Source: Erysipelotrichaceae bacterium OH741_COT-311 (GTDB lineage Bacteria; Bacillota_I; Bacilli_A; Erysipelotrichales; Erysipelotrichaceae). From it: 32,000 nt of DNA. Numbering within the stretch: position 1 is the first letter of the stretch; the number at the start of each line of letters is the position of its first letter. Under the pieces are notes generated by a model. That model saw only the letters and a list, made by a program, of their open reading frames with translations, had not been told where the DNA came from and did not search any database. The stretch covers positions 1-32,000 of the forward strand of contig RQZE01000010.1 in the NCBI GenBank assembly GCA_003858585.1, written 5' to 3'. Shown here one piece after another: positions 16,137-24,651 of this stretch. A program made the position numbers and the translations under genes.

Positions 16137-16319
16137 TTACTCTTCCTCCTTAATATCATGTACTGGATGTACTTCACAAGAAGTAATATTACATCCTTCA
16201 CATTCTAATTTTAAATCTTGACATTCTTTGGGAAGTGGTGTTTTATGATTTAAATAATAGCCTAAAGCATAAAACATCGCTAATATACCAACAAATACTA
16301 TTGCATAAATATACGTCAT
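16137..16319 (-). CDS. Small single-TM Cys-rich protein (60 aa) embedded between rnfA and rnfB
   Basis: TM helix IYAIVFVGILAMFYALGYYL followed by C-x6-C-x2-C-x4-C (CQDLKLECEGCNITSC) and an acidic tail. Translationally coupled: rnfA TAG-T-ATG at its start, and the rnfB RBS AAGGAGG lies within its last codons. Confidence 0.6.
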   Translation of the reverse strand: MTYIYAIVFVGILAMFYALGYYLNHKTPLPKECQDLKLECEGCNITSCEVHPVHDIKEEE

Positions 16320-16320
16320 A

Positions 16321-16896
16321 CTAAATCAATCCTGCCAATCCTGAAAATGCTAGTGCCATAATAGCTGCACACACCAAAGCAATTGGATTACCAATAAATG
16401 GTAATGGAACATTTGATTCATCTAAACGTTCACGAATACATGAAAAGATGTATAGAATTAGAGTAAAACCTAAAGGTACTCCAAATGCACTTGCTAACAT
16501 TTGCCAGAAATCATACTTACTTGAAATATTATCTAAAGCAACATATAACACTGCACAGTTTGTTGTAATCAAAGGAAGATAAATTCCCAATGATTTGTAT
16601 AAAGCTGGAGAAAATTTTTTAATAAACATCTCAGTAAATTGCACAAAAGATGCAATCACTAGAATAAAGGTAATTAAATCCATATATTCTAAATGTAATG
16701 GTACAAGCACTAAATAATACAATGAATATGTAAATATAGATGCTCCAACAATAACAAACGTTACTGCAAACCCCATACCTAAGGCACTACTTGTCTTACG
16801 ACTTACCCCAAGGAATGGACACATACCTAAAAATTTAGATAAGATAACATTATTGATTAAAATCGCTGTTAAGAAAATCGTAAATATCGTTTGCAT
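16321..16896 (-). CDS. rnfA: Rnf complex subunit A
   Basis: 191 aa, six-helix protein. NNVILSKFLGMCPFLGVS motif. The start overlaps the rnfE stop (TAATG). Confidence 0.92.
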   Translation of the reverse strand: MQTIFTIFLTAILINNVILSKFLGMCPFLGVSRKTSSALGMGFAVTFVIVGASIFTYSLYYLVLVPLHLEYMDLITFILVIASFVQFTEMFIKKFSPALYKSLGIYLPLITTNCAVLYVALDNISSKYDFWQMLASAFGVPLGFTLILYIFSCIRERLDESNVPLPFIGNPIALVCAAIMALAFSGLAGLI

Positions 16897-17546
16897 TATT
16901 TTACTCCTTTCTTTTTTGTTTTTGGTTCTAAACTATTTTTGTAAGCCGCTAATGCCGCAGCCAATAGTGCAAAGGTCAAAAAAGCACCTGTTGAAGTTGT
17001 AAACATGGAAATCTTATAATTCTCCGGAATAATACGTAATTGAAAAATCAATTGATCTGTCATTGGATTTGTTAGGTCAATAATACCTGTTCCTAAAACT
17101 TGACGTATCACCGAAATCATAACAAGAGAAAATGTGTAACCTAAGCCCATGCCTAAACCATCCAGCATAGAATCAAAAACATTGTTCTTTGAAGCAAAAG
17201 CTTCTGCACGCCCTAGAATAATACAGTTTACAACAATTAACTGAATAAATACACCAAGAGCATTATAAATACTTGGCATATATGCATGTATTAACATTTC
17301 AATCGCTTTTACAATCGCTGCGATAATAACAATATACACCGGAATACGAATATCATCAGGGATGATATTACGCATTAATGAAATCACCGCATTTGAGACG
17401 ATTAGTACCAAGATAACCGCAATTCCCATACCTAAAGCATTATTTAAAGAAGTAGAAATTGCAAGTGTTGAACATATACCTAAATATAAACCAAATACTG
17501 GATTTTCACGAATAAAACCGGCTGTGAAATTCTTCATTCTATTCAT
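16896..17546 (-). CDS. rnfE: Rnf complex subunit E
   Basis: 216 aa. ENPVFGLYLGICSTLAIS motif. AGGAGG RBS. Confidence 0.92.
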   Translation of the reverse strand: MNRMKNFTAGFIRENPVFGLYLGICSTLAISTSLNNALGMGIAVILVLIVSNAVISLMRNIIPDDIRIPVYIVIIAAIVKAIEMLIHAYMPSIYNALGVFIQLIVVNCIILGRAEAFASKNNVFDSMLDGLGMGLGYTFSLVMISVIRQVLGTGIIDLTNPMTDQLIFQLRIIPENYKISMFTTSTGAFLTFALLAAALAAYKNSLEPKTKKKGVK

Positions 17547-17556
17547 ATCTTACCTC

Positions 17557-18468
17557 CTACTGTCCAGCTGCTTGCAATGCAGCTAACACAGAAGCAATCA
17601 CACTATTACTTGTATAGGTTGCACCTGTAACAAGATCAACTTCATCGTCCATCGTTTTATCGATAAATTGATCTAAATATGTTTGATCTACAGCTTTATC
17701 TCCAATATTTGGAGTATCACCAAAGGTAACCAGTGTAATTGATTTAATCTTTTGATCTTCTATCTCAATCATAAATTCATTTCTTACATAGTCAAAATGA
17801 GAAGAATCACCCTCTAATAGTCCATATCCTTTTACATTTACTTGATATGTACTACCTTCTACTGTAACTTGTGCATCATACACTGACCAATCTTGATTTA
17901 TCAAAACTTTTACAGCTTGCACTTCTTTAGGTTCTTGTTCAACTGTTTCAACTTTTTCAAGACCATTGATTGTATTAAATAAATCTCTAGAAGCATTTAA
18001 GCCTTTTACAACCGCTGTACTTGTAACAGTAGCACCTGTTAAAGTATCATAATTGTCTTTGTTTGTTTTCTTTAGTAGGCCCTGTGAATATTCATCTGTA
18101 AATACACGAGAACCAATTCCATTTGTTTCTTGTTGTTGTAGTTCTTTAAACCCTATAATATTACCTTCATTACTAAAGGCAACCATATAAACAATTGGGG
18201 TTGACGAATTATATCCTACTGTTTCTACTTTAAAAACATACCCTTGTCCTTCGACTTGATATACACCCTTTACTAACCCTGTTTCATCTTTAAATTCCAA
18301 GGCTTTAAATTCACCATTTGGAAATAACAACTCTAAATTCTTTTGTTCAGCAGCAATTGCCATCTTTTCAATGACAGGTGCAGTGATACTATTGACATAA
18401 CCCAAAATGCCCCCGGCAATCGCGCTAACAATTGCTAAAAACAACATTAATTGAACTGTTTTCTTCAC
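17557..18468 (-). CDS. rnfG: Rnf complex subunit G with two FMN-binding domains (canonical domain plus an extra C-terminal one)
   Basis: 303 aa. GTG start behind an AGGTG RBS. N-terminal anchor. First flavinylation motif LTGATVTS (18019-18039). Acidic linker. The second domain ends in VTGATYTS (17608-17628). Confidence 0.88.
   Translation of the reverse strand: MKKTVQLMLFLAIVSAIAGGILGYVNSITAPVIEKMAIAAEQKNLELLFPNGEFKALEFKDETGLVKGVYQVEGQGYVFKVETVGYNSSTPIVYMVAFSNEGNIIGFKELQQQETNGIGSRVFTDEYSQGLLKKTNKDNYDTLTGATVTSTAVVKGLNASRDLFNTINGLEKVETVEQEPKEVQAVKVLINQDWSVYDAQVTVEGSTYQVNVKGYGLLEGDSSHFDYVRNEFMIEIEDQKIKSITLVTFGDTPNIGDKAVDQTYLDQFIDKTMDDEVDLVTGATYTSNSVIASVLAALQAAGQ
17560..17886 (-). repeat. Paralogous FMN-binding-domain coding segment, copy in rnfG (residues 195-303)
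   Basis: Colinear with rnfD residues 380-488. Shared blocks are KGYGLLEGD.SHFDYV.N.F.I.IEDQK, VTFGDTP.IGDK and DEVD....AT.TS.SV. DNA similarity is visible, e.g. TCAAAATGAGAAGAATCACCCTCTAATAGTCCATATCCTTTT versus TCAAAGTGAGAAGCATCACCTTCTAGTAAACCATATCCTTTT. Confidence 0.8.
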
Positions 18469-18477
18469 TTTTTACAC

Positions 18478-19944
18478 CTACTTTCCTGCCTCTTGTAGTG
18501 CTAAAGATACAGCAGCCACCACAGATTTACTTGTAAAAGTTGCTGAAGATAAAGCATCTACTTCATCCTCTAAAGATAAACCTTCATAGATTGATAAATA
18601 GGTGTCATCTACTTTATCACCAATTCCCGGCGTATCTCCAAAAGTAACAAATTTCACAGAAACGACTTTTTGATCTTCAATCACAATTTCAAATACATTT
18701 TTTACATAATCAAAGTGAGAAGCATCACCTTCTAGTAAACCATATCCTTTTGCTTCTACAGTATAGGTATTCCCTTCTACACGTACGATTTTTGCATCAT
18801 ACTTAGCATAATCATCCATTACTTTCATGGTTTCACTAAATGACAAACTTGATGTATCAGTTGTGCCACCAGCAATTTTAATCTCTTTTGCTTCTAATGT
18901 GGTAGAACTAAATCCTATTGTTACAAGACCAATCACCGCAAGAGAAATTACTGCCATCATATTTGTTTTTAACTTTTTAATTTGATTCCCTTCTAATGCA
19001 CGATCAATCGCCGGTGTTAACATATTCATAATCAAAATTGAGAATAATACACCCTCCGGTAAGTTTGCCAACACACGAATCAAGACAGTAATAAATCCAC
19101 TTCCCATAGCAAATAAAATACGACCTGTAATCGAAGTTGGATTTGTAACAGGATCTGTTAACATAAAGAAAGCACCAAACATTGCTCCACCTGTTAGGAT
19201 ATGAAACAATGGATAATACATACCTGTATTACGAACCAATGCAATCACTGTTGCAGAAGCAAAAATAGTACCTAAATACACAAGTGGAATACGATAATCA
19301 ATCACATTACGAATGATTAATACAATCCCCACTAACATAATTAATAACGCACTTGTTTCACCTAATGTCCCCGGATAATTTCCAAGAAACATATTGGTTA
19401 AACCACCAAATTGGGCAATAAATGTTTCGAAAAGATCTGCTTGCATAATCCATCCGGCAGAAGCAAATGATGCTGTAGGTGTTGCTGAAGTCACTAAATC
19501 AGTAACCACAGCAGATGAAAATGAACTAAACACTAACGCACGACCAACACCCGCTGGATTAAAAATATTTTGACCAAATCCACCAAACACCAATTTAGCA
19601 AAAACAACGCCAATAAAGGTACTAGCTCCTACTGCATAAGCAGAGGTATTTACAGGAACCATCAATACTAAAATTAATGGTGTTACCCATGGAAATGATG
19701 TTTTAAAGAATTGAATCGGATCTAACTTTCTTAGTTTTGCATAAGCAAATTCACTTAGAAAAGATACCACAACACTAACAATCAATAACACTATCGCATT
19801 GATACCATATTGACTACCTAACTTAAAACTGTTATAAAGTCCAAACGCATAGATTACCAATAAACCCAATGTAAGTTCAAAAATAATACTCTGTGTCGAC
19901 TTTTTATCACGATAATTCGGAGACGGCTTAAATACAAACTTCAT
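18478..19944 (-). CDS. rnfD: Rnf complex subunit D fused to an extra TM helix and a C-terminal FMN-binding domain
   Basis: 488 aa. The RnfD/NqrB core has FGGFGQNIFNPAG, DLVTSATPTAS and MLTDPVT. The core ends near residue 327. It is followed by the helix MMAVISLAVIGLVTIGF and a soluble domain ending in LSSATFTS (18529-18549). AGGAGG RBS. Confidence 0.88.
   Translation of the reverse strand: MKFVFKPSPNYRDKKSTQSIIFELTLGLLVIYAFGLYNSFKLGSQYGINAIVLLIVSVVVSFLSEFAYAKLRKLDPIQFFKTSFPWVTPLILVLMVPVNTSAYAVGASTFIGVVFAKLVFGGFGQNIFNPAGVGRALVFSSFSSAVVTDLVTSATPTASFASAGWIMQADLFETFIAQFGGLTNMFLGNYPGTLGETSALLIMLVGIVLIIRNVIDYRIPLVYLGTIFASATVIALVRNTGMYYPLFHILTGGAMFGAFFMLTDPVTNPTSITGRILFAMGSGFITVLIRVLANLPEGVLFSILIMNMLTPAIDRALEGNQIKKLKTNMMAVISLAVIGLVTIGFSSTTLEAKEIKIAGGTTDTSSLSFSETMKVMDDYAKYDAKIVRVEGNTYTVEAKGYGLLEGDASHFDYVKNVFEIVIEDQKVVSVKFVTFGDTPGIGDKVDDTYLSIYEGLSLEDEVDALSSATFTSKSVVAAVSLALQEAGK
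18481..18807 (-). repeat. Paralogous FMN-binding-domain coding segment, copy in rnfD (residues 380-488)
   Basis: See the partner copy at 17560..17886. More than half of the aligned residues are identical by eye. Confidence 0.8.
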
Positions 19945-19953
19945 AAATACCTC

Positions 19954-21240
19954 CTACTTCTTTCCCTTCAATGCTAAAAATCTCTTGGCACGACGAACAC
20001 CTTCTGTAACATCTAACTTACTTGGACAAACATACGTACACATACCACATTCAATACATGCATTTACATTTAGTTTTAGCAAGCGATCGACATTTTTAGT
20101 CTTTTCAGCATTGTTAATATTTACAGGCATAATTGCACTTGGACAATGATCAACACATGCCCCACAACGCAAACAAGCCATTGATTTTACTTCTTGATAT
20201 TTTAAAACCGTTAATCCATTATCTGATGCTGTAATGACAAAATTATCATTTGTAATCGCATTACCCATCATCGGTCCTCCAGCAATTAACTGGATGTTTT
20301 CTGTTGTATACCCTTGGCAAAGTTCTACCAAATGACTAACCGGTGTACCAACTCGAACCAATACATTACATGGACTTTTAATCCCATCTCCACTGACAGT
20401 TACAATCTTTTCAACGATTGGTAATCCTGTACGCATAGCTTGTGCTGTTTTAATCGCTGTTGTAACGTTTGAAACAATACAACCTGCTTCAATCGGAAGT
20501 TTATCATAACGTTTTTTCAACACTTCATACACTAAAGTACGTTCCCAACCCATAGGATACACATCCGAAACACCTACAACTTCAATATTAGTTTCATTTT
20601 TAAATAACTCTTTTATACGTTCAATAAACTCTTTTTTCGTTTTCTTAATCGCTATTTTACATGTTGAAGCCCCACTTATACGGAATAATGTTTTAATACC
20701 TAACACCATATCCTCTAAGTTTTCTTTCATATTTAAATAATCACTTGTCAAATATGGTTCACACTCAACCGCATTGATTAATAGTGTTTGGCACCCATCT
20801 GTTTTTACAAACTTAAAGTATGTAGGAAAACCGGCACCACCACAACCTACAATACCCTTTTCTTTTATGAAATTAACAACTTCTTCTTTACTTGCATCTT
20901 CTGATAGAGTTGTTAAGTCTTCTACAACATACTTAAAATCATTTTCAATGACAATATGCTCTGCCATTTTTGTTGATGATGTCATACGTTTTTCAAAACC
21001 CTTAACAACGCCCGAGACACTTGAAAAGACCGGAACATAAAAATGATCATTACGTAATGCCACTACTGTTCCAACTTTTACATAGTCACCTTCACTAACT
21101 TTTTTTTCTAGGAGCGCAGTACCCATCGCTAGTGGTATATAGATTTTATCAACATCTTTACACTTGATAATCTCTTTATGACTCGTTAGTTCTTTATGAC
21201 CTGGTAAATGTTTACTCATAGGTCCTAATAATAAAGACAT
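19954..21240 (-). CDS. rnfC: Rnf complex subunit C (NADH-binding, 2x[4Fe-4S])
   Basis: GCGGAGFPT motif. CLRCGACVDHCP and CIECGMCTYVCP clusters. The start is moved to ATG 21240, behind a GGGAGGAAAG RBS. Confidence 0.92.
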   Translation of the reverse strand: MSLLLGPMSKHLPGHKELTSHKEIIKCKDVDKIYIPLAMGTALLEKKVSEGDYVKVGTVVALRNDHFYVPVFSSVSGVVKGFEKRMTSSTKMAEHIVIENDFKYVVEDLTTLSEDASKEEVVNFIKEKGIVGCGGAGFPTYFKFVKTDGCQTLLINAVECEPYLTSDYLNMKENLEDMVLGIKTLFRISGASTCKIAIKKTKKEFIERIKELFKNETNIEVVGVSDVYPMGWERTLVYEVLKKRYDKLPIEAGCIVSNVTTAIKTAQAMRTGLPIVEKIVTVSGDGIKSPCNVLVRVGTPVSHLVELCQGYTTENIQLIAGGPMMGNAITNDNFVITASDNGLTVLKYQEVKSMACLRCGACVDHCPSAIMPVNINNAEKTKNVDRLLKLNVNACIECGMCTYVCPSKLDVTEGVRRAKRFLALKGKK

Positions 21241-21275
21241 TTCTTTCCTCCCTCTCAATCATCTAAGTACTTGTT

Positions 21276-21284
21276 ATTATATCA
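21276..21284 (-). promoter_or_regulatory. Candidate extended -10 promoter element of the rnf operon
   Basis: Minus strand TGATATAAT (TGnTATAAT) about 35 nt upstream of the rnfC start. No convincing -35. Confidence 0.4.
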
Positions 21285-21325
21285 TATTCTTTAACAATTT
21301 ATGCTATACTAAATGAGGTGATTTT

Positions 21326-22438
21326 ATGAAAAAAATACTATTTATCCTATTGACAATACTCCTTTTAACGGGATGTCATGCTCCGTTAAAAAAATATTCA
21401 AATATTACAGTCGATGCAGGATTTAATACTTTTATACAATTAATTGCTTATACAAAAGATTCAAAAGACTTTGAAACATATTTCAACCATACAACCAAAC
21501 GTTTTAAAGAATTAAATCAATTGTTCGATATTTACCATGAATACCCTGATATGAATAATCTATATACCATTAATAAACATGCTGGCATTCAACCTATAAA
21601 GGTTCAACAAGAAATCATCGATTTATTACTAAAAGCCCGCTACTTTAGTGAACTTTCCAATGGTGAATTTGATATTACCATGGGCTCTGTATTAAAAATT
21701 TGGCATACATATCGTGAAAATGCTTTGCTTCTTACCGAGGAAAATAAACTGGATGAAATTACACTTCCAAAGATAGAAGAACTTCAAAAGGCTAGTTTAA
21801 AAACAGGATGGGATTTCATTGAAATTGACGAAGAGCAAAAAACCGTTTTTATCAAAGAAAAAGGCGTTAGCTTAGATGTCGGTGGTATTGCAAAAGGCTA
21901 TGCAGCTGAAGTGGTTGCATTAGAATTAGAAGCATTAGGTTTAAAACATGCTTCCATAAATGCTGGTGGTAATATTCGTACTATCAACAATAAGCCAGAT
22001 CATCGTCCATGGTCCATTGGAATTACACACCCTCGTAGTCAACAGCATAATGCAAGTATTGCCTCAATCAAACTAAGTGATTCAAAAGCCTTTGTAACTT
22101 CAGGAGATTATCAAAACTTCTTTATCACAAGTGATTTAAAAAGGTATCATCACATTATTGACAATGATACCTTATTCCCTGCTCAACACTTTTACTCAAT
22201 TACTATTTTAGGAAATGATAGTGGACATGCAGATGCTTTAAGTACAACCTTATTTACAATGGATTATCAACAAGGTTTAGCCTTTATTGAGACTTATAAC
22301 CAAGCTCATCCTGAAGATGCTATCGATGTTATTTGGATTTTAGATGAAAAAAACAAAATTGACACACAATATTCAACAATAAAAGATGGTTTACAAATCA
22401 TATGGACAGCTAATTTAAATGATAAGATTAGCTATTGA
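21326..22438 (+). CDS. apbE: ApbE-family FAD:protein FMN transferase, lipoprotein
   Basis: Lipobox LLLTGC. DVGGIAKGYAAE, SGDYQNFF, HHIIDNDT and ADALSTTLF motifs. GAGGTGA RBS. Divergent from rnfC. Confidence 0.9.
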   Translation: MKKILFILLTILLLTGCHAPLKKYSNITVDAGFNTFIQLIAYTKDSKDFETYFNHTTKRFKELNQLFDIYHEYPDMNNLYTINKHAGIQPIKVQQEIIDLLLKARYFSELSNGEFDITMGSVLKIWHTYRENALLLTEENKLDEITLPKIEELQKASLKTGWDFIEIDEEQKTVFIKEKGVSLDVGGIAKGYAAEVVALELEALGLKHASINAGGNIRTINNKPDHRPWSIGITHPRSQQHNASIASIKLSDSKAFVTSGDYQNFFITSDLKRYHHIIDNDTLFPAQHFYSITILGNDSGHADALSTTLFTMDYQQGLAFIETYNQAHPEDAIDVIWILDEKNKIDTQYSTIKDGLQIIWTANLNDKISY

Positions 22439-22460
22439 TGATGTGTACATCATCTTTTTT
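22437..22460 (+). terminator. Intrinsic terminator of apbE
   Basis: GATGATGT-gt-ACATCATC followed by TTTTTT. It overlaps the 3' end of the convergent hydrolase gene. Confidence 0.55.
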
Positions 22461-23400
22461 CATTCCTTTCATCCAGCATAAGCTCTTGTAGCTTCATCCC
22501 ATAATTGATTTCTTCATAAAGCTTATTGTGCTTATGAGGTATACAGTCTTCTACCCAATACCACCAAAAATATCCTCCAATAAATGATTCAGAATACTTT
22601 TGAGCAGAATAATAAGAACGTATCCTAGAAATTTTACTATCAACACTTGCATCTATTTCTGTATTGCCACATTCTCCAATACCAAGTTTCGCACTAGGAA
22701 AATACGTTTCTAAAGAAGAAAATATGAGATTCCAATCTGGTTTATATCCATCATTATCATCCTCATAATAACTAATCAATATATAGTCAATATCGAATGT
22801 TCCGGTACCTGAAAAATGCTTAGAAACCCAATCAAACATATCTACTTTACTTGGATCTGTATAATATAAAGTTACAGCACTTTTTCCACCCTTAGCTTTA
22901 ATAAAGGCATTCACTTGTAAAACTTTATTTACAATCAATGTGGATTCTTGCTGAATCCATTCTATACCATTGATTTCATTACCAATTTCCCATATATCAA
23001 CATACATTGATAACACATCATAAGTCTCTTTAAAACGTTTTAAATAAGACTCTTCATCCTTATAGGAAGACATATCACTGGAATCTACCGGTGATGCCAT
23101 CACATAAGCAACTTGATTCAGTTCTTTAAACAACGTTTCATAAGTAGAAGGCGATCGATCCAATGACATAACAACACGTACAGTTGGTTTTACGGGCATA
23201 TTTTTAATGGCATCTACAATCTCATGAACCCCTACCCTTTCATACCAAGTATCATCAATAGTAATACCGTACATCCATTGATCTATTGAACGTACTTTTT
23301 GTACATTTGAAGCCATATAAAACCATAAAATACATTTTAAAAAAATAGTCATTCCTAAGAAAGAAACATATATATTTTTACGATGTTTTCTTTTACACAT
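22450..23400 (-). CDS. Secreted or membrane-anchored glycoside-hydrolase-like TIM-barrel protein (clan GH-A-like; family not assignable by eye)
   Basis: N-terminal basic segment plus a hydrophobic anchor. DIWEIGNEINGIEW (Asn-Glu acid/base-type motif) and LGIGECGN (candidate nucleophile Glu). Confidence 0.55.
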   Translation of the reverse strand: MCKRKHRKNIYVSFLGMTIFLKCILWFYMASNVQKVRSIDQWMYGITIDDTWYERVGVHEIVDAIKNMPVKPTVRVVMSLDRSPSTYETLFKELNQVAYVMASPVDSSDMSSYKDEESYLKRFKETYDVLSMYVDIWEIGNEINGIEWIQQESTLIVNKVLQVNAFIKAKGGKSAVTLYYTDPSKVDMFDWVSKHFSGTGTFDIDYILISYYEDDNDGYKPDWNLIFSSLETYFPSAKLGIGECGNTEIDASVDSKISRIRSYYSAQKYSESFIGGYFWWYWVEDCIPHKHNKLYEEINYGMKLQELMLDERNEKR

Positions 23401-23482
23401 AAAATCTCCAAAGATACATTACCTTTTATACTTCTATAGGCTAAGTATATTATAACATTTTGAGAAATCTTTCTACTTTTTC

Positions 23483-23511
23483 AAATAAAAATACTGAATT
23501 TCCTTCAGTAT
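23483..23511 (-). terminator. Intrinsic terminator after the NifU-like gene
   Basis: ATACTGAA-ggaaa-TTCAGTAT followed by TTTTATTT on the minus strand. Confidence 0.65.
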
Positions 23512-23750
23512 TAAAGATACATATCCATATCTGCCAAAACAACCCTTGTTACCCCCGGAACTTCATCCAGCAAAATACTTTCAATTCCACCTTGTAAAGT
23601 ATCATCAATAGCATGACAGTCTACACAAGCCCCAAGCAAACGTACAGTTACTACACCCTCTTCATCTACAGAGACAAATTCAACATCACCTCCGTCACGT
23701 TGAATATAGGGTCTAATCTTTTCTAAAACTTCAATAATATTTTCTTCCAT
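23511..23750 (-). CDS. NifU C-terminal-domain (Nfu-type) Fe-S cluster scaffold/carrier protein
   Basis: IRPYIQRDGGDVEFV...LLGACVDCHAIDDTLQGGIE motif (CxxC). The start is moved to ATG 23750 (MEENIIEVLEK); the longer track ORF would overlap the upstream gene. Confidence 0.85.
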   Translation of the reverse strand: MEENIIEVLEKIRPYIQRDGGDVEFVSVDEEGVVTVRLLGACVDCHAIDDTLQGGIESILLDEVPGVTRVVLADMDMYL

Positions 23751-23758
23751 AACTTCCT

Positions 23759-24211
23759 CTACCAATAAAACAATATCAATGCGATCATAACTCCATGTAG
23801 GATGCCACCAAATACTTCTAACCATTCATGTCCTAGTACATTTTTCACCTTTAAAAAATATACGGGATCATCTAACTTCGCATCCGTAATCTCTTGAACA
23901 TCCTTAATTAGCTGTTGTGTTATTTGTATATTACGTCCGGCATAACGACGTACATTTGCAGCATCATAAGCAACAATCATAGAAAACGCCAACACAACCG
24001 CAAAGATTGTACTTGAGAAACGTTCTTGAATACCAACCGATAAACTTAAGGCAGATACTGCAGCTGTATGAGAAGATGGGTAGCCACCACTTGCCCATAT
24101 CTGTGAACAATCCCATTTATTTGTCTTTAAATAATGAAACAACGGCTTTAATAGCTGTGCCGATAACATAGAAATAATACATGCCCAAAAAGGATACATC
24201 TGATTTAACAT
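23759..24211 (-). CDS. Divergent PAP2-family membrane protein (YuiD-like)
   Basis: SGGYPSSHTAAVSAL, YDAANVRRYAG and LGHEWLEVFGG are colinear with B. subtilis YuiD as I recall it. The start was chosen at ATG 24211 by that alignment and is uncertain. Confidence 0.75.
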   Translation of the reverse strand: MLNQMYPFWACIISMLSAQLLKPLFHYLKTNKWDCSQIWASGGYPSSHTAAVSALSLSVGIQERFSSTIFAVVLAFSMIVAYDAANVRRYAGRNIQITQQLIKDVQEITDAKLDDPVYFLKVKNVLGHEWLEVFGGILHGVMIALILFYW

Positions 24212-24266
24212 AAGTTTCAAATGACTCACCTCGCCTAATAAGTATATCATAATTTAAAAAAATATA

Positions 24267-24275
24267 TGGTATAAT
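24267..24275 (+). promoter_or_regulatory. Candidate extended -10 promoter element for the S1-domain/pgi operon
   Basis: TGGTATAAT (TGnTATAAT) 22 nt upstream of the S1-protein start. Confidence 0.45.
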
Positions 24276-24297
24276 ATATCAGGTATTGGAGGTAAAT

Positions 24298-24651
24298 ATG
24301 CAATATAAACCAGGAATGGTTGTAGATGGCATCGTAACCGGCATACAACCATATGGTGTCTTTGTTGCTTTTGAAGATGGTGCAATTGGTTTGATTCATA
24401 TTTCAGAATTAAGTGATGGCTTTGTTAAAGATGTACGATTATTTGTATCTCTAAAAGATCATGTAAAAGTCAAAGTCATTGATGTAGATCCTCAAACACA
24501 TCAACTACGTCTATCCATTAAAGCCTTACACAAAAACCGACGCAATCAATACAAAAGAAATTATATGCAAAGATTACCACAAATGAAAATTGGTTTTACA
24601 TCAATTAAAGAGAAAATGCCACAATGGATTAAGGAGGCTCAAAATGATTAA
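24298..24651 (+). CDS. S1 RNA-binding-domain protein (YugI/GSP13-like)
   Basis: GMVVDGIVTGIQPYGVFVAFEDGAIGLIHISELSDGFV... S1 fold signature. GGAGGT RBS before ATG 24298. Confidence 0.85.
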   Translation: MQYKPGMVVDGIVTGIQPYGVFVAFEDGAIGLIHISELSDGFVKDVRLFVSLKDHVKVKVIDVDPQTHQLRLSIKALHKNRRNQYKRNYMQRLPQMKIGFTSIKEKMPQWIKEAQND

